Shown: positions 20,602 to 31,553 of the stretch, one piece after another
Position numbering within the stretch: position 1 is the stretch's first letter
Layout: each line of letters starts with the position of its first letter
From: Piedraia hortae CBS 480.64
Taxonomy: Eukaryota
NCBI GenBank assembly: GCA_010093745.1
Contig: MU006010.1
Span: forward strand, 62,001-103,988
Length of the DNA stretch: 41,988 bases
Direction of reading: 5' to 3'
The notes under the pieces: model-generated
Database searches by the model: none
What the model was told of the DNA's origin: nothing
The model's input: only the letters and a program-made list of their open reading frames with translations
Made by a program: the position numbers and the translations under genes

Positions 20602-22128
20602 CTAGCCCTCATCGAGATCCATCTGACCTCCCTTGGACGCGCCCTTCTTCGCCCTGCCACCGCTGATACCAATCTTCTTTGAATCTTTCTTCCGCGAGTC
20701 GTGATATTCCTTCATGCTCTTGATTGCCTGACGATTCGCTTCTTCCACAGTCTCCGAGAGGCTCAGAACGCTGGCCTTGTCCATGTCGTGCGCTTCCAGC
20801 TTCTTCCCCAAGGCCTTTTCGATGTTTTGGAAAACATCGACGTCGTACTGGGTGACAAACGATATGGCGACGCCTGACCTGCCGGCACGCGCCGTACGGC
20901 CCACGCGGTGGATATATGTCTTGCTGTCCTGCGGGATATCAAAATTAACGACGAGGTCGACGCTCGGAATGTCTAAACCGCGGGCGGCAACATCGGTGGC
21001 CACCAGAATCTCTCTGCCGCCAGAGCGGAACTTGTTGAGAGCACCGAGGCGTGCCGATTGGCTCATCTGGCCATGGAGTGGAATGGCACTGCGGCCAAGA
21101 GAGCGCAGCAGAAAGGCGAGTAGCTGCGTCTCGTTGACGGTGCGGGCAAAGACGATGCAGGCCTTGCCGAGGAAGTCATTGAGGAGCGCAACGAAATAGA
21201 CCTTTTTATGATCGTACGGGCAGAAGACATAGCGTTGGACGAGGTTCTTGACCGTCTGATGGTCCGATGCTGAGACGCTGACGCGCGTCGGGCTGCGCAG
21301 AGCGGCGCGCGTCAGCTTGTCCAGCTTGTTCATTGTTGCGCTGAACAGCAGCGTGCGTCGCTCGCGCGGGAGCTGCTGCAGGATTTTCTCAATGGCCGGT
21401 CCGAAGCTCATGTCCAGCAGACGGTCGGCCTCATCTAGCACCAAGAACCGCAATTTGCGCAGCGAAAAGCCCTTTGTGTTTTCCAGGTGGTCCAGCAGTC
21501 GTCCCGGAGTGGCGACGACGACGTGCGGCTTCTTTGCCAGCGCAATTTGCTCCGACATCATGTCCGTGCCGCCTACCAGGATGGCGCACCGGACGTTGAT
21601 GGCGCTGCCGAGCGCTTCCGTCTGTTGCTTGATTTGGAAGGCCAGTTCGCGTGTCGGGGAGAGAACGAGGCCGAAAAAAGGCTCTTGGTGGTCCAGCAAC
21701 GCCTGTAGCATGGGCAGCGCGAACGCCGCCGTCTTGCCCGAACCCGTTTCAGCGAGTCCAATGATGTCCTTGCCCTCCAGCGCTAGCGGGATGGCCTGCC
21801 GCTGAATGGGCGTCGGCGTCTTGAACCCACAAGCATCGCAGGCGTCGCATAGCGAGGCCGTCACGCCCAGATCTGCGAAATTCTTGATGGCCTCCTTCGT
21901 CTCCTCCGTTTTCTGAACCTTTTGTTCCTCGTGACTCTTGTGTCCCTTGTCCGTTTCTTGCACCTTCTGTTCTCTTTGCCCTTTTTGCGCCTCTTTCACC
22001 TCTTTCGCCTGTTTCACCGCCTTTGCTTCCTCTTTATCCTGTGCACCATTGCCACTAGCTGACAGAACCTTGACTCTCTTCGTGGCTTTGCTCTCTGCCG
22101 CGTCAATCTTGCGTTTGGTCTGGGCCAT
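20602..22128 (-). CDS. RRP3: DEAD-box rRNA-processing helicase Rrp3 (DDX47)
   Basis: Motifs: [82 protein letters not shown]. Confidence 0.95.
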   Translation of the reverse strand: MAQTKRKIDAAESKATKRVKVLSASGNGAQDKEEAKAVKQAKEVKEAQKGQREQKVQETDKGHKSHEEQKVQKTEETKEAIKNFADLGVTASLCDACDACGFKTPTPIQRQAIPLALEGKDIIGLAETGSGKTAAFALPMLQALLDHQEPFFGLVLSPTRELAFQIKQQTEALGSAINVRCAILVGGTDMMSEQIALAKKPHVVVATPGRLLDHLENTKGFSLRKLRFLVLDEADRLLDMSFGPAIEKILQQLPRERRTLLFSATMNKLDKLTRAALRSPTRVSVSASDHQTVKNLVQRYVFCPYDHKKVYFVALLNDFLGKACIVFARTVNETQLLAFLLRSLGRSAIPLHGQMSQSARLGALNKFRSGGREILVATDVAARGLDIPSVDLVVNFDIPQDSKTYIHRVGRTARAGRSGVAISFVTQYDVDVFQNIEKALGKKLEAHDMDKASVLSLSETVEEANRQAIKSMKEYHDSRKKDSKKIGISGGRAKKGASKGGQMDLDEG

Positions 22129-22248
22129 CCTGATGTGATTGTTGCAGCTTCCTTCGGCAAAACCCCGGCTGCGCACACAAGGTCAGATGCCTTGGCAAAC
22201 GTCATGTTGCTTGGCGGCTGATCCACACGACTTGGAACTCGATCTGTA

Positions 22249-22300
22249 CGTAGAATAATAACTGCAGTAAATTCTGTAGACTCGTAGAATAACAACTGCA
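22249..22300. repeat. 18-bp direct repeat CGTAGAATAA(T/C)AACTGCA, two copies
   Basis: Copies at 22249-22266 and 22283-22300, one mismatch, 34-bp period. Confidence 0.85.
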
Positions 22301-22326
22301 ACTGCATGTTACTAAGAATTAAAAAG

Positions 22327-22577
22327 ATCGCTTCCCTATCTGAATAAAAGGGACGACTTGTAAGATCCTAGGTCATATTCTCCCAGCCAAGCTTGATGTC
22401 TTCGACCATGGGCTAGTGGTCAACATGAAGAGGAGCTGTCTGGTTGTGATTTGCTATTGTTGTTCAGTCATACATGTAGGGAGCGTCACACGCTGGTACG
22501 ACCCAGTGTGTGTTCAAAAGAATGCAAAGGCGAATGGCAAGTCCGTCCGCAATCTTGAATGCTAGAATTTCTGTCGT
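22327..22577. ncRNA. Candidate unassigned structured non-coding RNA
   Basis: Several nested hairpins and an end-to-end closing helix lie in a non-coding gap (see findings). I cannot assign a family. Confidence 0.3.
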
Positions 22578-22614
22578 ATTTAGCAGTCATGCATAAAATT
22601 CCAAAGAGTCGTGC

Positions 22615-24525
22615 TCAGGCCTTTGCTTTTGCTGCTTTAACCTGCTTCTCCTTTAGGCCCAACCTCGCTCTCTTCCCTACCTCTGCTCTGACCAGTTCCC
22701 CCGTCACCTGCGCATCTTCGGCTGCATCGTGACCCCCTTCTCCGCTCTGGATTATTTTCCCAAGGAACTTTTCGGCCAGTGCCCTTAAACCGCATCTCAT
22801 GGGCAAGCCTTTGGGATGGGGGAACAGCAAGACTGTGTCGATAATCAAAGGGTGGCAGAGGCGGATGGCATTGAGATCGTTTTCAATTGCATGACCAATT
22901 AGAATGGTTTTGGGTGTTGCATATGCGAGCAGAGCTGCTCGAGCCGCAAGTGGCGATTTTAGCATGGGCAATGTTTTGCTGGATGGGCGAGACTGGGCGC
23001 CCTCCACCGCAAGACGTATCTTGGGGCTTGGCCGTATGTCGGCTGCTTCAATCTCCACGGCGTTTGCAAACTGTTGAGGCCACACACCACTGAATCGGCT
23101 ATTGAGATCCAATATGATGCCGAAAGGCCTCACCAAGGCATCAATCAGCACGTCGCCACCTGGCCACGACAGCGCAGTGATTCGAATCAATTCCATCCCG
23201 AGAGTTGTGAACCCCATTTCACAGTCAAACACTATCGCATCGACAGGCTTGCCTTGCGCGTCCTGCAGGGCATTGTCAATTTCTGGAGTGTTGACAAATG
23301 GAAGGACAGCAGCCAATCGAGCCGGCGATGATGCTTTGAAAACGTGCCATTCGGCTGTTGTGCAACCGTCGTTGCCAACCGTTTGACCGCAGCAGGGATA
23401 CGAAGCCTCGCGGGGCCCGGTATCGGCTTTGCTTGGCATCGGCTGGACCTTGCGGAGGGGATGGTAGCGACAAGGGCCATTGGAGGTCAAGCGGCCACTT
23501 GCGTCTCTGTCGGGAAAGACCTGGAAGCGGGCTGCACAGCGCTCGCAGATCTCGTAGTTCTTACTGGCAAGCACCGCAGCCGCAGCTTCTTGCGCGGCAG
23601 CTTCGTTGGGTGGCGTGGGGATGTAGCCATGCTTGGCAAGGGCAGATTGGTCAGTTACCACCAGCGTTCGGGCTATGGAAAGCTCCTCGCTTGGCGACAC
23701 GCCAGTATCACGGGGCTTGGGATTGGTTGTCTTGTCCGTTCGAAGTGATTTGACATGGCTTTCCCAGTCGGGGAATTTCATCTTTTTGTACGCCGATATC
23801 CGGAGTTTGAGCACGTTGGCGTACACGCTGCCTTTCTCAAGTGCGAGCCGCTCTTCCTCGTTCAAGGCCATCTTGATAGTTTGCTGCTTCGGTATCAACC
23901 CGCCCTTGGGAGAGAGAGAATTTAACCGTGCCATTTCAGCATGCAGGTGTTGGAGGTATAGAAGTCGCTTGGAGAACGGAACGGGATCGATGGGTACTCG
24001 ACGGGGGACCAGCCGCTCAGGATCGGCTTTGGCAGCGGATTTGGACTCCTTCTTTCCATTGCCGAGACTGGTCTGGCTACTTTTGTTTGGGCCCAAGAGG
24101 TTGGACCTTGGTGTTACAACGTCATTGGATGTTGCATTCACAGCATCCGACCCTGTCGAGGAAATCTTTCTACGTTTTGCCGGCGGAGCCTCAGGGTGGG
24201 ACGAAGGCAGGGGCGAGATCTTTTCAGTTACTTCTTGATTTGTGCTTGGCAACCTCTGTGCTGCGCTTGGATCCTCTTCGGGCTGAGCCTTAGTATACGT
24301 GCAGCTGCTCTTGGACCCGCTATTCAATATACCAACTACTCCCTGGCAAACAGTTTTGGGGGAAGTCGTCGGAGAATTCCTGGTTGGTACGTGGTTCCTT
24401 TCCGAGCCCTTTTCCTCCTGTACAACATGCTCATCTTCGTGATGCCCAAATATACAGTTCAGAATCTGGCAGTTCCTCTCAGGGCAACGGACGCCTTTGA
24501 ACAGATTGGTAGTGTAGAAGACCAT
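22615..24525 (-). CDS. REX3: RNA exonuclease 3 (DEDDh 3'-5' exonuclease)
   Basis: N-terminal CPxxxCxxxxCIFGH; CERC..CRYH..YPCC..GC..HVFK zinc-like region; FDCEMGFT, GHAIENDL, IIDT, HDAAEDA. Confidence 0.9.
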   Translation of the reverse strand: MVFYTTNLFKGVRCPERNCQILNCIFGHHEDEHVVQEEKGSERNHVPTRNSPTTSPKTVCQGVVGILNSGSKSSCTYTKAQPEEDPSAAQRLPSTNQEVTEKISPLPSSHPEAPPAKRRKISSTGSDAVNATSNDVVTPRSNLLGPNKSSQTSLGNGKKESKSAAKADPERLVPRRVPIDPVPFSKRLLYLQHLHAEMARLNSLSPKGGLIPKQQTIKMALNEEERLALEKGSVYANVLKLRISAYKKMKFPDWESHVKSLRTDKTTNPKPRDTGVSPSEELSIARTLVVTDQSALAKHGYIPTPPNEAAAQEAAAAVLASKNYEICERCAARFQVFPDRDASGRLTSNGPCRYHPLRKVQPMPSKADTGPREASYPCCGQTVGNDGCTTAEWHVFKASSPARLAAVLPFVNTPEIDNALQDAQGKPVDAIVFDCEMGFTTLGMELIRITALSWPGGDVLIDALVRPFGIILDLNSRFSGVWPQQFANAVEIEAADIRPSPKIRLAVEGAQSRPSSKTLPMLKSPLAARAALLAYATPKTILIGHAIENDLNAIRLCHPLIIDTVLLFPHPKGLPMRCGLRALAEKFLGKIIQSGEGGHDAAEDAQVTGELVRAEVGKRARLGLKEKQVKAAKAKA

Positions 24526-25056
24526 TTCATGGTGGGTTGGGTGAGAGAGCTGATGTTTGTGATGTTGGCTGTCACACAGCCTGTCATGTGCCGCATCGGT
24601 CCGGTCCGCCACAGCCAGATCTGTGAATGTTTTACAACCGAACCCAAGACCTCAAAGGGAGCCAAGAGAATTGTCTTTTCCGCCTCTTGTCCATAGGCTG
24701 CGATTAATTGTTGTGAGATTCTTTTTTTATGTGTCTGCCTGGGGTGCTTACCCTGCAGTCGACCCTTGATAGTTAGATCAGTCTCTGCACACATTTTAAT
24801 CCACGACATGGCTTGAGAAACCATGCCAACTATGATACAGACTTACTACGAGCAGGCCGTAACCTGCAGTGGTCATGGTTTGGGTTCAACTGAATGAGCA
24901 GTCTCAAGTTTCTGTCATTCGCTTCGTCTCAGGCTGCACCATAGGAGATAGATGGGTTGGACTGTGTCTAGGCCAGGCACGGTAATGGGGTGATAAACCA
25001 ATGGTAGTCTTGAATAGTATCCAGGCATAAGTCATCATTATACTACATGTACTGTG

Positions 25057-28000
25057 TTACAAGCCAACCCGTGTCCCGTCCCGAATAGCCCGATCCACGC
25101 TCGAAGTTCTGGAGATTGCAACGCCTCTACTAAACAGCCGCCTAGGCCAGGACAGGTCCGAGCGAGGCTCACTTCTCGGATACGACCATGAGTTGCCGCC
25201 AAGCCCAACTGAAGAAGCGTTGGGTACATGGAGGCCGTTCGACGGGGCCACATCCTCCCTGTTCTCTGTGCCCATGTCTGTCTGTATCTTTACAAACAGC
25301 TTCGCTTCCTGAAACAGCTCCCCATGCGCATTACGCAGCGGAAGATGCCGGTAGCCCTTTCTCAGCTGGCTCATCTTGGCCGTAAAGGTGGCAAGGGAGA
25401 TGTTGCCGCTCGTCGTGCGTCGCGTATCGGCTTGATGCCAGACAGTCCATCGGACAAAAACCAAATCGGGATGCTGGGTAATGAGAGACATTGATATTGA
25501 TTCGTCAAAACAGGGATCAAATGCGTTTCCGCGAACGGTGCGCGTTCGCCCCTGAAGCGCCGACTCGTCGTCGCCCGCAGAGCCGCAGTCGGCCGAGAAT
25601 ATTTCGACCACCACATAGGGATTCATAGCCGCGTCCTGGGGAAAATCCCGCGGCCGTGGGAGGCGAAGAGCTGAGATGATTTCGACCGTGAAGCGAACCA
25701 GATGGCGGGGAGATTTGGGGCGGCGATCGGGCACGCCGAGAACGGAGAGGGTGGGCAGTTGGCGAAGTTCGACGGGCTTGAACGAGTAGCCGGTTCCGTC
25801 GCTCCCGGCAGCGAACATGGCGCGGTTAATTTGCTGGTGTACATCGTTGTTTTGCCAGTTCAGGGCCACCATCTGCACACCCGACTGCCACATGGGAAGC
25901 GGATTGAAGTTTTGGCTAAGAATCCGCTTTTTGCCGGGGTAGACGCGCATCAGATAGTGCACATTGTGCCGGCGGAGAAGGAGTCGGCCGCCACCACTGC
26001 TGCCGCTTTCTGCCCTTCGCGCGTGTTGCTGAAACGTGTCTTCTGAGAAAGAAAAGATGTGATTAACCGCCTTGGCTCGGGGATCGCTGAAGCCGTAGGC
26101 TTTGGGGAAGCTGATACCCTGCGTGTACACGCCCAGGCGACCCAGACGGGGAATAATCTTGCTGGTGGCCGGCGGAGGCGGACGTAGCGCGGGATTGGCG
26201 GCCGTGTCGCTGTCATCTGAGCCCGTGGGCGTCATCGTCTGGCCGGATGTGGTGGAGCCACGCGGCGTTGAAGAGGGCATCACCGAATCGGAGGGGCTCA
26301 TGGTGCCGGGGCTAGAAAATACCCAGGATGGGCCGGTAGTGGAGACAGCAGAGTCGGCGGCTGAAGACCGCGGCGGCACCACGGGCGAACTCAGGCTGCG
26401 GGTTCGACGGCGACTGTTGGCATCGGCCAGCAGCTGGCTCTGATCCGAGTCGTCGGCGGCCTTGACTTTGATCAGAATCCGTTCTCTAAGCTCCTCTGGC
26501 GACGGTAAGGCCGATGTGGGGCCCAGAGGCTCCGTCACCATTCGCGACCCAAACGCGGCATACAACATCTCGACCATGACGGCCTGTTGCTCGGCGTTGC
26601 AGTGCACCTCGAGCGAGATAATCAGCGGATAGGGAGACGAGTGAAAGGCGTAGCGGGCAATGACCGACACACAGTCCTCGAACAAGATTTTGGTTGTTAA
26701 CGTCCGGCCGTGAGTGACGCGAGGGCGGCCATCGTCGCCGTCCCAGCAGTCAATCTCGACGCAGCGGCAGCCGCCCATCAGAGCGTTGATATATCCCTCA
26801 ACCGTCGACGTGCCGCGCACTTGATAGCCTTGCAGATATGTGTTGTGCGAGCTGGAGATGAAGTATTCATTCAGCGGCCGGTCCAGCTTCGCCCGCAGCG
26901 GCACTGGAGGCAGCGGAGAGTTGTCGGCCGACGTCAGAAACGCTTGCATGCCGGCCAAGTCTATGGCCAGACGTCTGTCCTGCAGACGCTCGCGCGCATA
27001 GCGATCGAAGAGAACATTGGCCGTTTCTGTGTCGGTGATGCCCTGCTGGCTGCGCAGAAATTCGACAAACTCGTGCCGATCCAGCCGTGGTTCTGCACTG
27101 TCCGACCCGAGGCTTTGACACAGACGGCGTATATCGCCGCGCTCGGTGAAGGAGCGTACAAAGGCGCGGTACTGGGTCTCGTCTAACGCGTTGCGGTTGC
27201 CCACATCAGCCTTTTGGAAGTGTAGGGCGACGGTGCTGCTGCTGCAGTTGATGTGAAGCCGACGGCAAAAGTGGCGGGCGTCGTCAATGGTGAACATGTG
27301 TTCGGCTCCGGCATTCCGTCGACAGGCCTGGCGCCAGAGGATGGCCATGCCCTTCTCGCTCTCTTCAGGGCGCGACGACAGTGCCTTCATGCTTGCCGCC
27401 CGCTCGTCCGTCACGGTATCGACAGCGGCCGTCCATGCTTTCATCAGCGCCGCCGTCGGCATCAGCAGACAGAGCATCTTGGTGGAACGGCGCCCGGAGC
27501 GATCGTCGACGGCATAGACGATGACTAGCAGCCGCTCTTCGTCGCCGGGAGCCAGGTGGATGCCGCCGCGCGAGTGCCGCGATTCGGCCCCCTTTTGTAC
27601 GGCCACAACATCATCAATCCCAAAAGATTTTACCGTCACCTTGCCGTACCAGCATACCCGAGCCGCATCGGCATTGAGCCACAGCTTCACTGGTCGCCGC
27701 CGTTTGGCTGTAAGCCGCTCTAAGAAGGTTCCGGCCTGCAAGTCAGGCCGTGGAAAATCGTCTGTAGGAGATGTTTCTCTGTTGAACAGCCGGATGCCCA
27801 ATCCCGCCTTCTCCGCCACCTGCCGCTCTGCAACGTCGTCACCGTTGGGATCCAGCTCTAGATCCGACATGTCGCCGAGCTCCGACGCACCGTTACTATC
27901 GCTCCGCCGTCGCACTAAAGTGGGTCCTGCACTTTGATCGCGCATGCGCATGTGATTGGTTGACGCGCGGCGACGCAGCGTATTGTGGGCGCCGCGCGAG

Positions 28001-28332
28001 AGCCGCCGAATAAGCCCCGGGCTACGCGAATAGTCATGAAACGCCTGTGAGTGGGAGTCGTGTGGAAACGTGTGTGGCGGTGTGGCCCGAGCATTGGGAG
28101 ACGGTGAACGGTCGGGGATGCGCGGCGTCGAGGGAGTTGCTGGAACTGGAGAGAGCGCAATTGGCGATGCGCTGATAGAAAAGCCCGAGGCCGAGACAAT
28201 CGAGGCTGCCGATGAAGTGGCAGCCGAAACAGAAGCAGAAGAAGCGTCGACCGGCGACGAGGGGCGTGTGTAAGCCGTTGTCATGGCGTGCGGGACAGCC
28301 GTGTCAATGGGAAAAAGGGCATGGCGGAGCAT
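25057..28332 (-). CDS. PLC1: Phosphoinositide-specific phospholipase C (PH, EF-hand, X/Y catalytic and C2 regions)
   Basis: X box: YFISSSHNTYL, GCRCVEIDCWDG, HGRTLT, SLEVHC, ILIKVK. Y box: RVYP, SQNFNP, GVQMVALNWQ. C2: NPYVVVE, GYRHLPL. There is an alternative start ATG at 28284. Confidence 0.95.
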   Translation of the reverse strand: MLRHALFPIDTAVPHAMTTAYTRPSSPVDASSASVSAATSSAASIVSASGFSISASPIALSPVPATPSTPRIPDRSPSPNARATPPHTFPHDSHSQAFHDYSRSPGLIRRLSRGAHNTLRRRASTNHMRMRDQSAGPTLVRRRSDSNGASELGDMSDLELDPNGDDVAERQVAEKAGLGIRLFNRETSPTDDFPRPDLQAGTFLERLTAKRRRPVKLWLNADAARVCWYGKVTVKSFGIDDVVAVQKGAESRHSRGGIHLAPGDEERLLVIVYAVDDRSGRRSTKMLCLLMPTAALMKAWTAAVDTVTDERAASMKALSSRPEESEKGMAILWRQACRRNAGAEHMFTIDDARHFCRRLHINCSSSTVALHFQKADVGNRNALDETQYRAFVRSFTERGDIRRLCQSLGSDSAEPRLDRHEFVEFLRSQQGITDTETANVLFDRYARERLQDRRLAIDLAGMQAFLTSADNSPLPPVPLRAKLDRPLNEYFISSSHNTYLQGYQVRGTSTVEGYINALMGGCRCVEIDCWDGDDGRPRVTHGRTLTTKILFEDCVSVIARYAFHSSPYPLIISLEVHCNAEQQAVMVEMLYAAFGSRMVTEPLGPTSALPSPEELRERILIKVKAADDSDQSQLLADANSRRRTRSLSSPVVPPRSSAADSAVSTTGPSWVFSSPGTMSPSDSVMPSSTPRGSTTSGQTMTPTGSDDSDTAANPALRPPPPATSKIIPRLGRLGVYTQGISFPKAYGFSDPRAKAVNHIFSFSEDTFQQHARRAESGSSGGGRLLLRRHNVHYLMRVYPGKKRILSQNFNPLPMWQSGVQMVALNWQNNDVHQQINRAMFAAGSDGTGYSFKPVELRQLPTLSVLGVPDRRPKSPRHLVRFTVEIISALRLPRPRDFPQDAAMNPYVVVEIFSADCGSAGDDESALQGRTRTVRGNAFDPCFDESISMSLITQHPDLVFVRWTVWHQADTRRTTSGNISLATFTAKMSQLRKGYRHLPLRNAHGELFQEAKLFVKIQTDMGTENREDVAPSNGLHVPNASSVGLGGNSWSYPRSEPRSDLSWPRRLFSRGVAISRTSSVDRAIRDGTRVGL

Positions 28333-29733
28333 GGCTTAGGGTTAAAGGAGCGTTAGAGATAAGTAGACTGCCGTATCCACGGCCAAGATATTGTGTGTCA
28401 ACGCCTGGCCCAGAGCCAGTGCGGGCATATAAGCAAAATGGTAAGGAACGGTGATGATGTTGTCGGAATCAAGACAAAGGAAAAAAAAAAGATTATCCCA
28501 GGAAGGAGCACCCCGGCGCGAACCAGGAGAACGCGCAACCGGGAAGGCGGGCCAGTAACAAATTTGTTAACGATGAGGCGTAAAACGGTCAGGGGCTCAG
28601 ACGGGGTTGCATAATCCCGGGCGGGGATTATTGATTAAGCATCAATCAATGTACCCCAGTTACCCGTTGCCGGGGACTCGTCAACCACTGTATTCCTCAC
28701 CTTTTGCATTCTCTCCGGCATGGTGGCGACACGTTTGATCAGTCCCGTGTTACAGCTGTTTATTACGTACATGCCCACATGCTGCACATATGCCATTCAC
28801 CGGGCCACGCGCATTGCAAAAAAAAGAAGCAACAGGTCTTGGCCCCAGCAGCGTGCATTTGGAGCCTGGTCTTCCATCCCCGGCGGGCTTTCGGATTTGA
28901 TCGGCAGTAGTAACGTCATGGTCCTCCGACTGCCGAGCCTTGCAAACAGCTGCTTCGGCAACACGTGTTCCGCCGTTAGCCGACCACGGGAGCACAGCCC
29001 TGCCTTGCCAAGCCGCGGTATGCATGTACAACCATAAACGAGTGGACAAGGGTCCTCAATGACGTCATATTATGCCGGCGATCCTGGCGATTAGCGTAGA
29101 AGCTGCCAGAAGGGCGCCCCGTGCCGTATTGCCTTAGGCACACAGTTTTAATGCTTGAGTCGATCCCTCGGATTCCCATGACAAGGAATTCGGGCAGCTG
29201 TGGTGGGCTGCTGCATTGTAAGCCTTGCCCCAGCATTTGGCCTCATTAAAACACAATGGCTGCAGCACCTGACCAACTATTCGGCCTTGTGCCCAACATT
29301 GGTCTCTGCGCAGACACGCTGTGACCGAGAACGTGAAGTCAGGTGATTGCCCCTTCTCTTAACGACATGAGTAAACTCGGCAACAGCCGAACGCTGTCGC
29401 TCAGCCGAAAGGGAGGCGAAGTTTATCAGCGTTACCGCCTTACGTCTAGTTTGCGAATTATTCCAAAGTTTAGCAATACTTCAAGTTCCGCCTTAAATCA
29501 AAGGCTGTTCCCATTGGAACGCTTAGGCCCGGCCCGGGCCAGCCTTTTCCCTTAGCGTTCCGTCGTTTGCTCTTGGAATGAGCTGTACGACAACATTCGC
29601 ATTGACAAGCTTGTGGTGCACCTTTTCCCGTGAAGTTGTTGTGTTGCGTCGTTTCCTTCCCCGGCTGACTAATCATGCCTGTCTCATGATATCATACCTT
29701 CCAGAAACCGGACCCGCGTAGCAGTTAAACAAA

Positions 29734-30166
29734 ATGTCCGATTACCACGCTGTAAAAGGAGGCCTAAAACTAAAAGGCTCTGGCATCGTAAAGAAGAAGG
29801 AAAAGAAGAAGGAAAAGAAGAAGCCCTCAAAAGCCAATGAAATTGAAAAGACAAACACCAGTAATGGAGGAGAGGAGGAGGGCCTGGAAACCCCCGAGCA
29901 AGAAAAAGACCTGGAAAAAAATGACGATACAACTGCTCTCCATCGCAGAAAAACAGAGGCTGAGCTGCGATTTGAAGAGTTTAGACGGAAGCGCGTAAGT
30001 CTACTCATCGAACGTAAAGTCATAAGAACCAAAATATTAACGGTAATTGCAGCTAAAAGAACAAGTGAGAGAGGCCAAGACGCACAAGCAACGTGTTGAG
30101 GAATTAAACAAGTATCTTGAGAGGCTAAGCGAACACCATGACATGCCTCGCATTGGGCCTGGTTAG
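29734..30166 (+). CDS. FAM32A/DUF1754 family small nuclear protein
   Basis: Reads GGLKLKG, a poly-K tract, KTEAELRFEE, then after a 58-nt intron (29995-30052) KTHKQRVEELNKYLERLSEHHDMPRIGPG-stop. Confidence 0.93.
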
Positions 30167-30418
30167 TGTGCAACCATGGTGCGGTCTATCATACGTAGAT
30201 ATGGACAAAGTTCAGAGTTTCTTCTTGCAGTAACATTGCCCACTGCATGATAGGCCGGTTATTGTGCCGATTGGTCAATTGCTCACGCTTGCTCCTCAGA
30301 TAATATACCCTCGTCCGTACTTGTACCCACTGGTGTCACGGTTTTCGACATCGATTGTACGGTAACGTATTGCCCGACACTCCACCTGATAGCTGCTGGA
30401 CGGAGACATGGCCGATGC

Positions 30419-31553
30419 CTAATCGGAGCGCACGCTATACGTCTTGTCAAGCACGATGTTCCCGGCAGGCTTTTCAAATATGCGAGACTCTTCATCCACA
30501 AAACTCGCATCCCCCACGAGCGTATCGTTTTGCGTCTCATCGCTGTGAAGGCTTTTCGAATGATAACTGCTGAGAACGTTCAGATGAACCGGCGGTTTGG
30601 CCTTGGCGGTTGCCGATTGCGAGGCAGCCCACAGCCCTGAAAGAGGCAGGAAAATGGCAACAACGGTTGGAACCATGCTGCGCAGCTGTGCTCCGGGCAG
30701 CGTGTAGCACGCCGCTACTGCGAAGGTGACTGCCATTAGCTTTCACCCCATATGATCAACAAGGAGACTCACGAGGTATCAGAAGCGTCTGGCAGCCGAC
30801 AATAAAGATGATCTGCATAGGGCCAAACTGCTTGATATTAAGCCTGCGCCTGGCTCTGATTGTAAAGGCCAGCCTGCACACAAAAATTGCTGCGAAAAGC
30901 GCAATGGTGAAGACGGATAGAACGTTGTACACCCAAACAAGATGATACTGATGATCCTGTTGCGCCTTGGTAAAGGAATTGATCCCGACGATACTGTGTC
31001 GGATATTCCAGATGGCAAAGTAGACGCGAAAGCTCATTGTAGCCAGCGACACGACGACACAAGCTGACGTGATGGCATTGCGATAGATTGAGCGGATCGT
31101 ACAGCAAACAATATTCACTTGTAGGATCAGTGAAGAGTAGATAACGCCATCGATGAGCGCGCTGGTGACCTCCACGGAGACGCCTAGGCGAATGGCGTGG
31201 TTCAGTGCGAGCGAGGGCGGGAAGTAGCCCAGGACCCAGTGGTAAAAATCGTAAAAGATTGAGTTCACAAGGGCGGCCGTCAACGTAGAACGAAGAAGCA
31301 GCAGAGCCAGCGCAACGAGATTTAGAATGAATACAGGCGACTTGCGTTTTTCACGCGCCGTTGTCAACGGGAGCAGAAGTAACAGCATTCCCGTGAGTCC
31401 GACTTGCACGCCGAAAAGGATCCCTTGCGAGGTAGCCATCGTGTGCACCGTCGATATATCGAAAAGCGAGGCCGAGAATGGCGTTCCAGCGGGCGAGAGA
31501 AGCGTGAAAGTTTGGTCCCCACCAGGCATCTTGTCGAAATGGATGATTGACAT
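30419..31553 (-). CDS. STE2: Alpha-factor-type pheromone receptor GPCR (Ste2/PreB/Pre2)
   Basis: Motifs: QTFTLL..GTPF, ILFGVQVG, KRKSPVFILN, SSLILQV, RRRLNIKQFGPMQIIFIVGCQTLLIP, VVAIFLPLSGLWA; seven hydrophobic segments. One intron with donor at 30772 and acceptor at 30730 (or 30718). Confidence 0.93.

Noticed and set aside
22352..22381. Resemblance of GACGACTT..TAGGTCATATTCT to U3 snoRNA boxes A'/A, and of GAGCGTCA (22481) to box B
   Set aside because: Indels fall in the normally invariant box A, and there is no proper box C or terminal CTGA box D. U3 is not supported; the region is kept only as an unassigned structured candidate.
25188..28454. Numerous overlapping 60-160 aa ORFs within PLC1 (similarly within RRP3, REX3, HCS1 and the MFS)
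   Set aside because: These are expected by-products of GC-rich codon usage in real genes, with no independent coding evidence.
7440..31553. Idea that PRM10 and STE2 mark a mating-type locus or mating gene cluster
   Set aside because: They are ~20 kb apart with unrelated housekeeping genes between, and there is no alpha-box/HMG gene, APN2 or SLA2 in the window.
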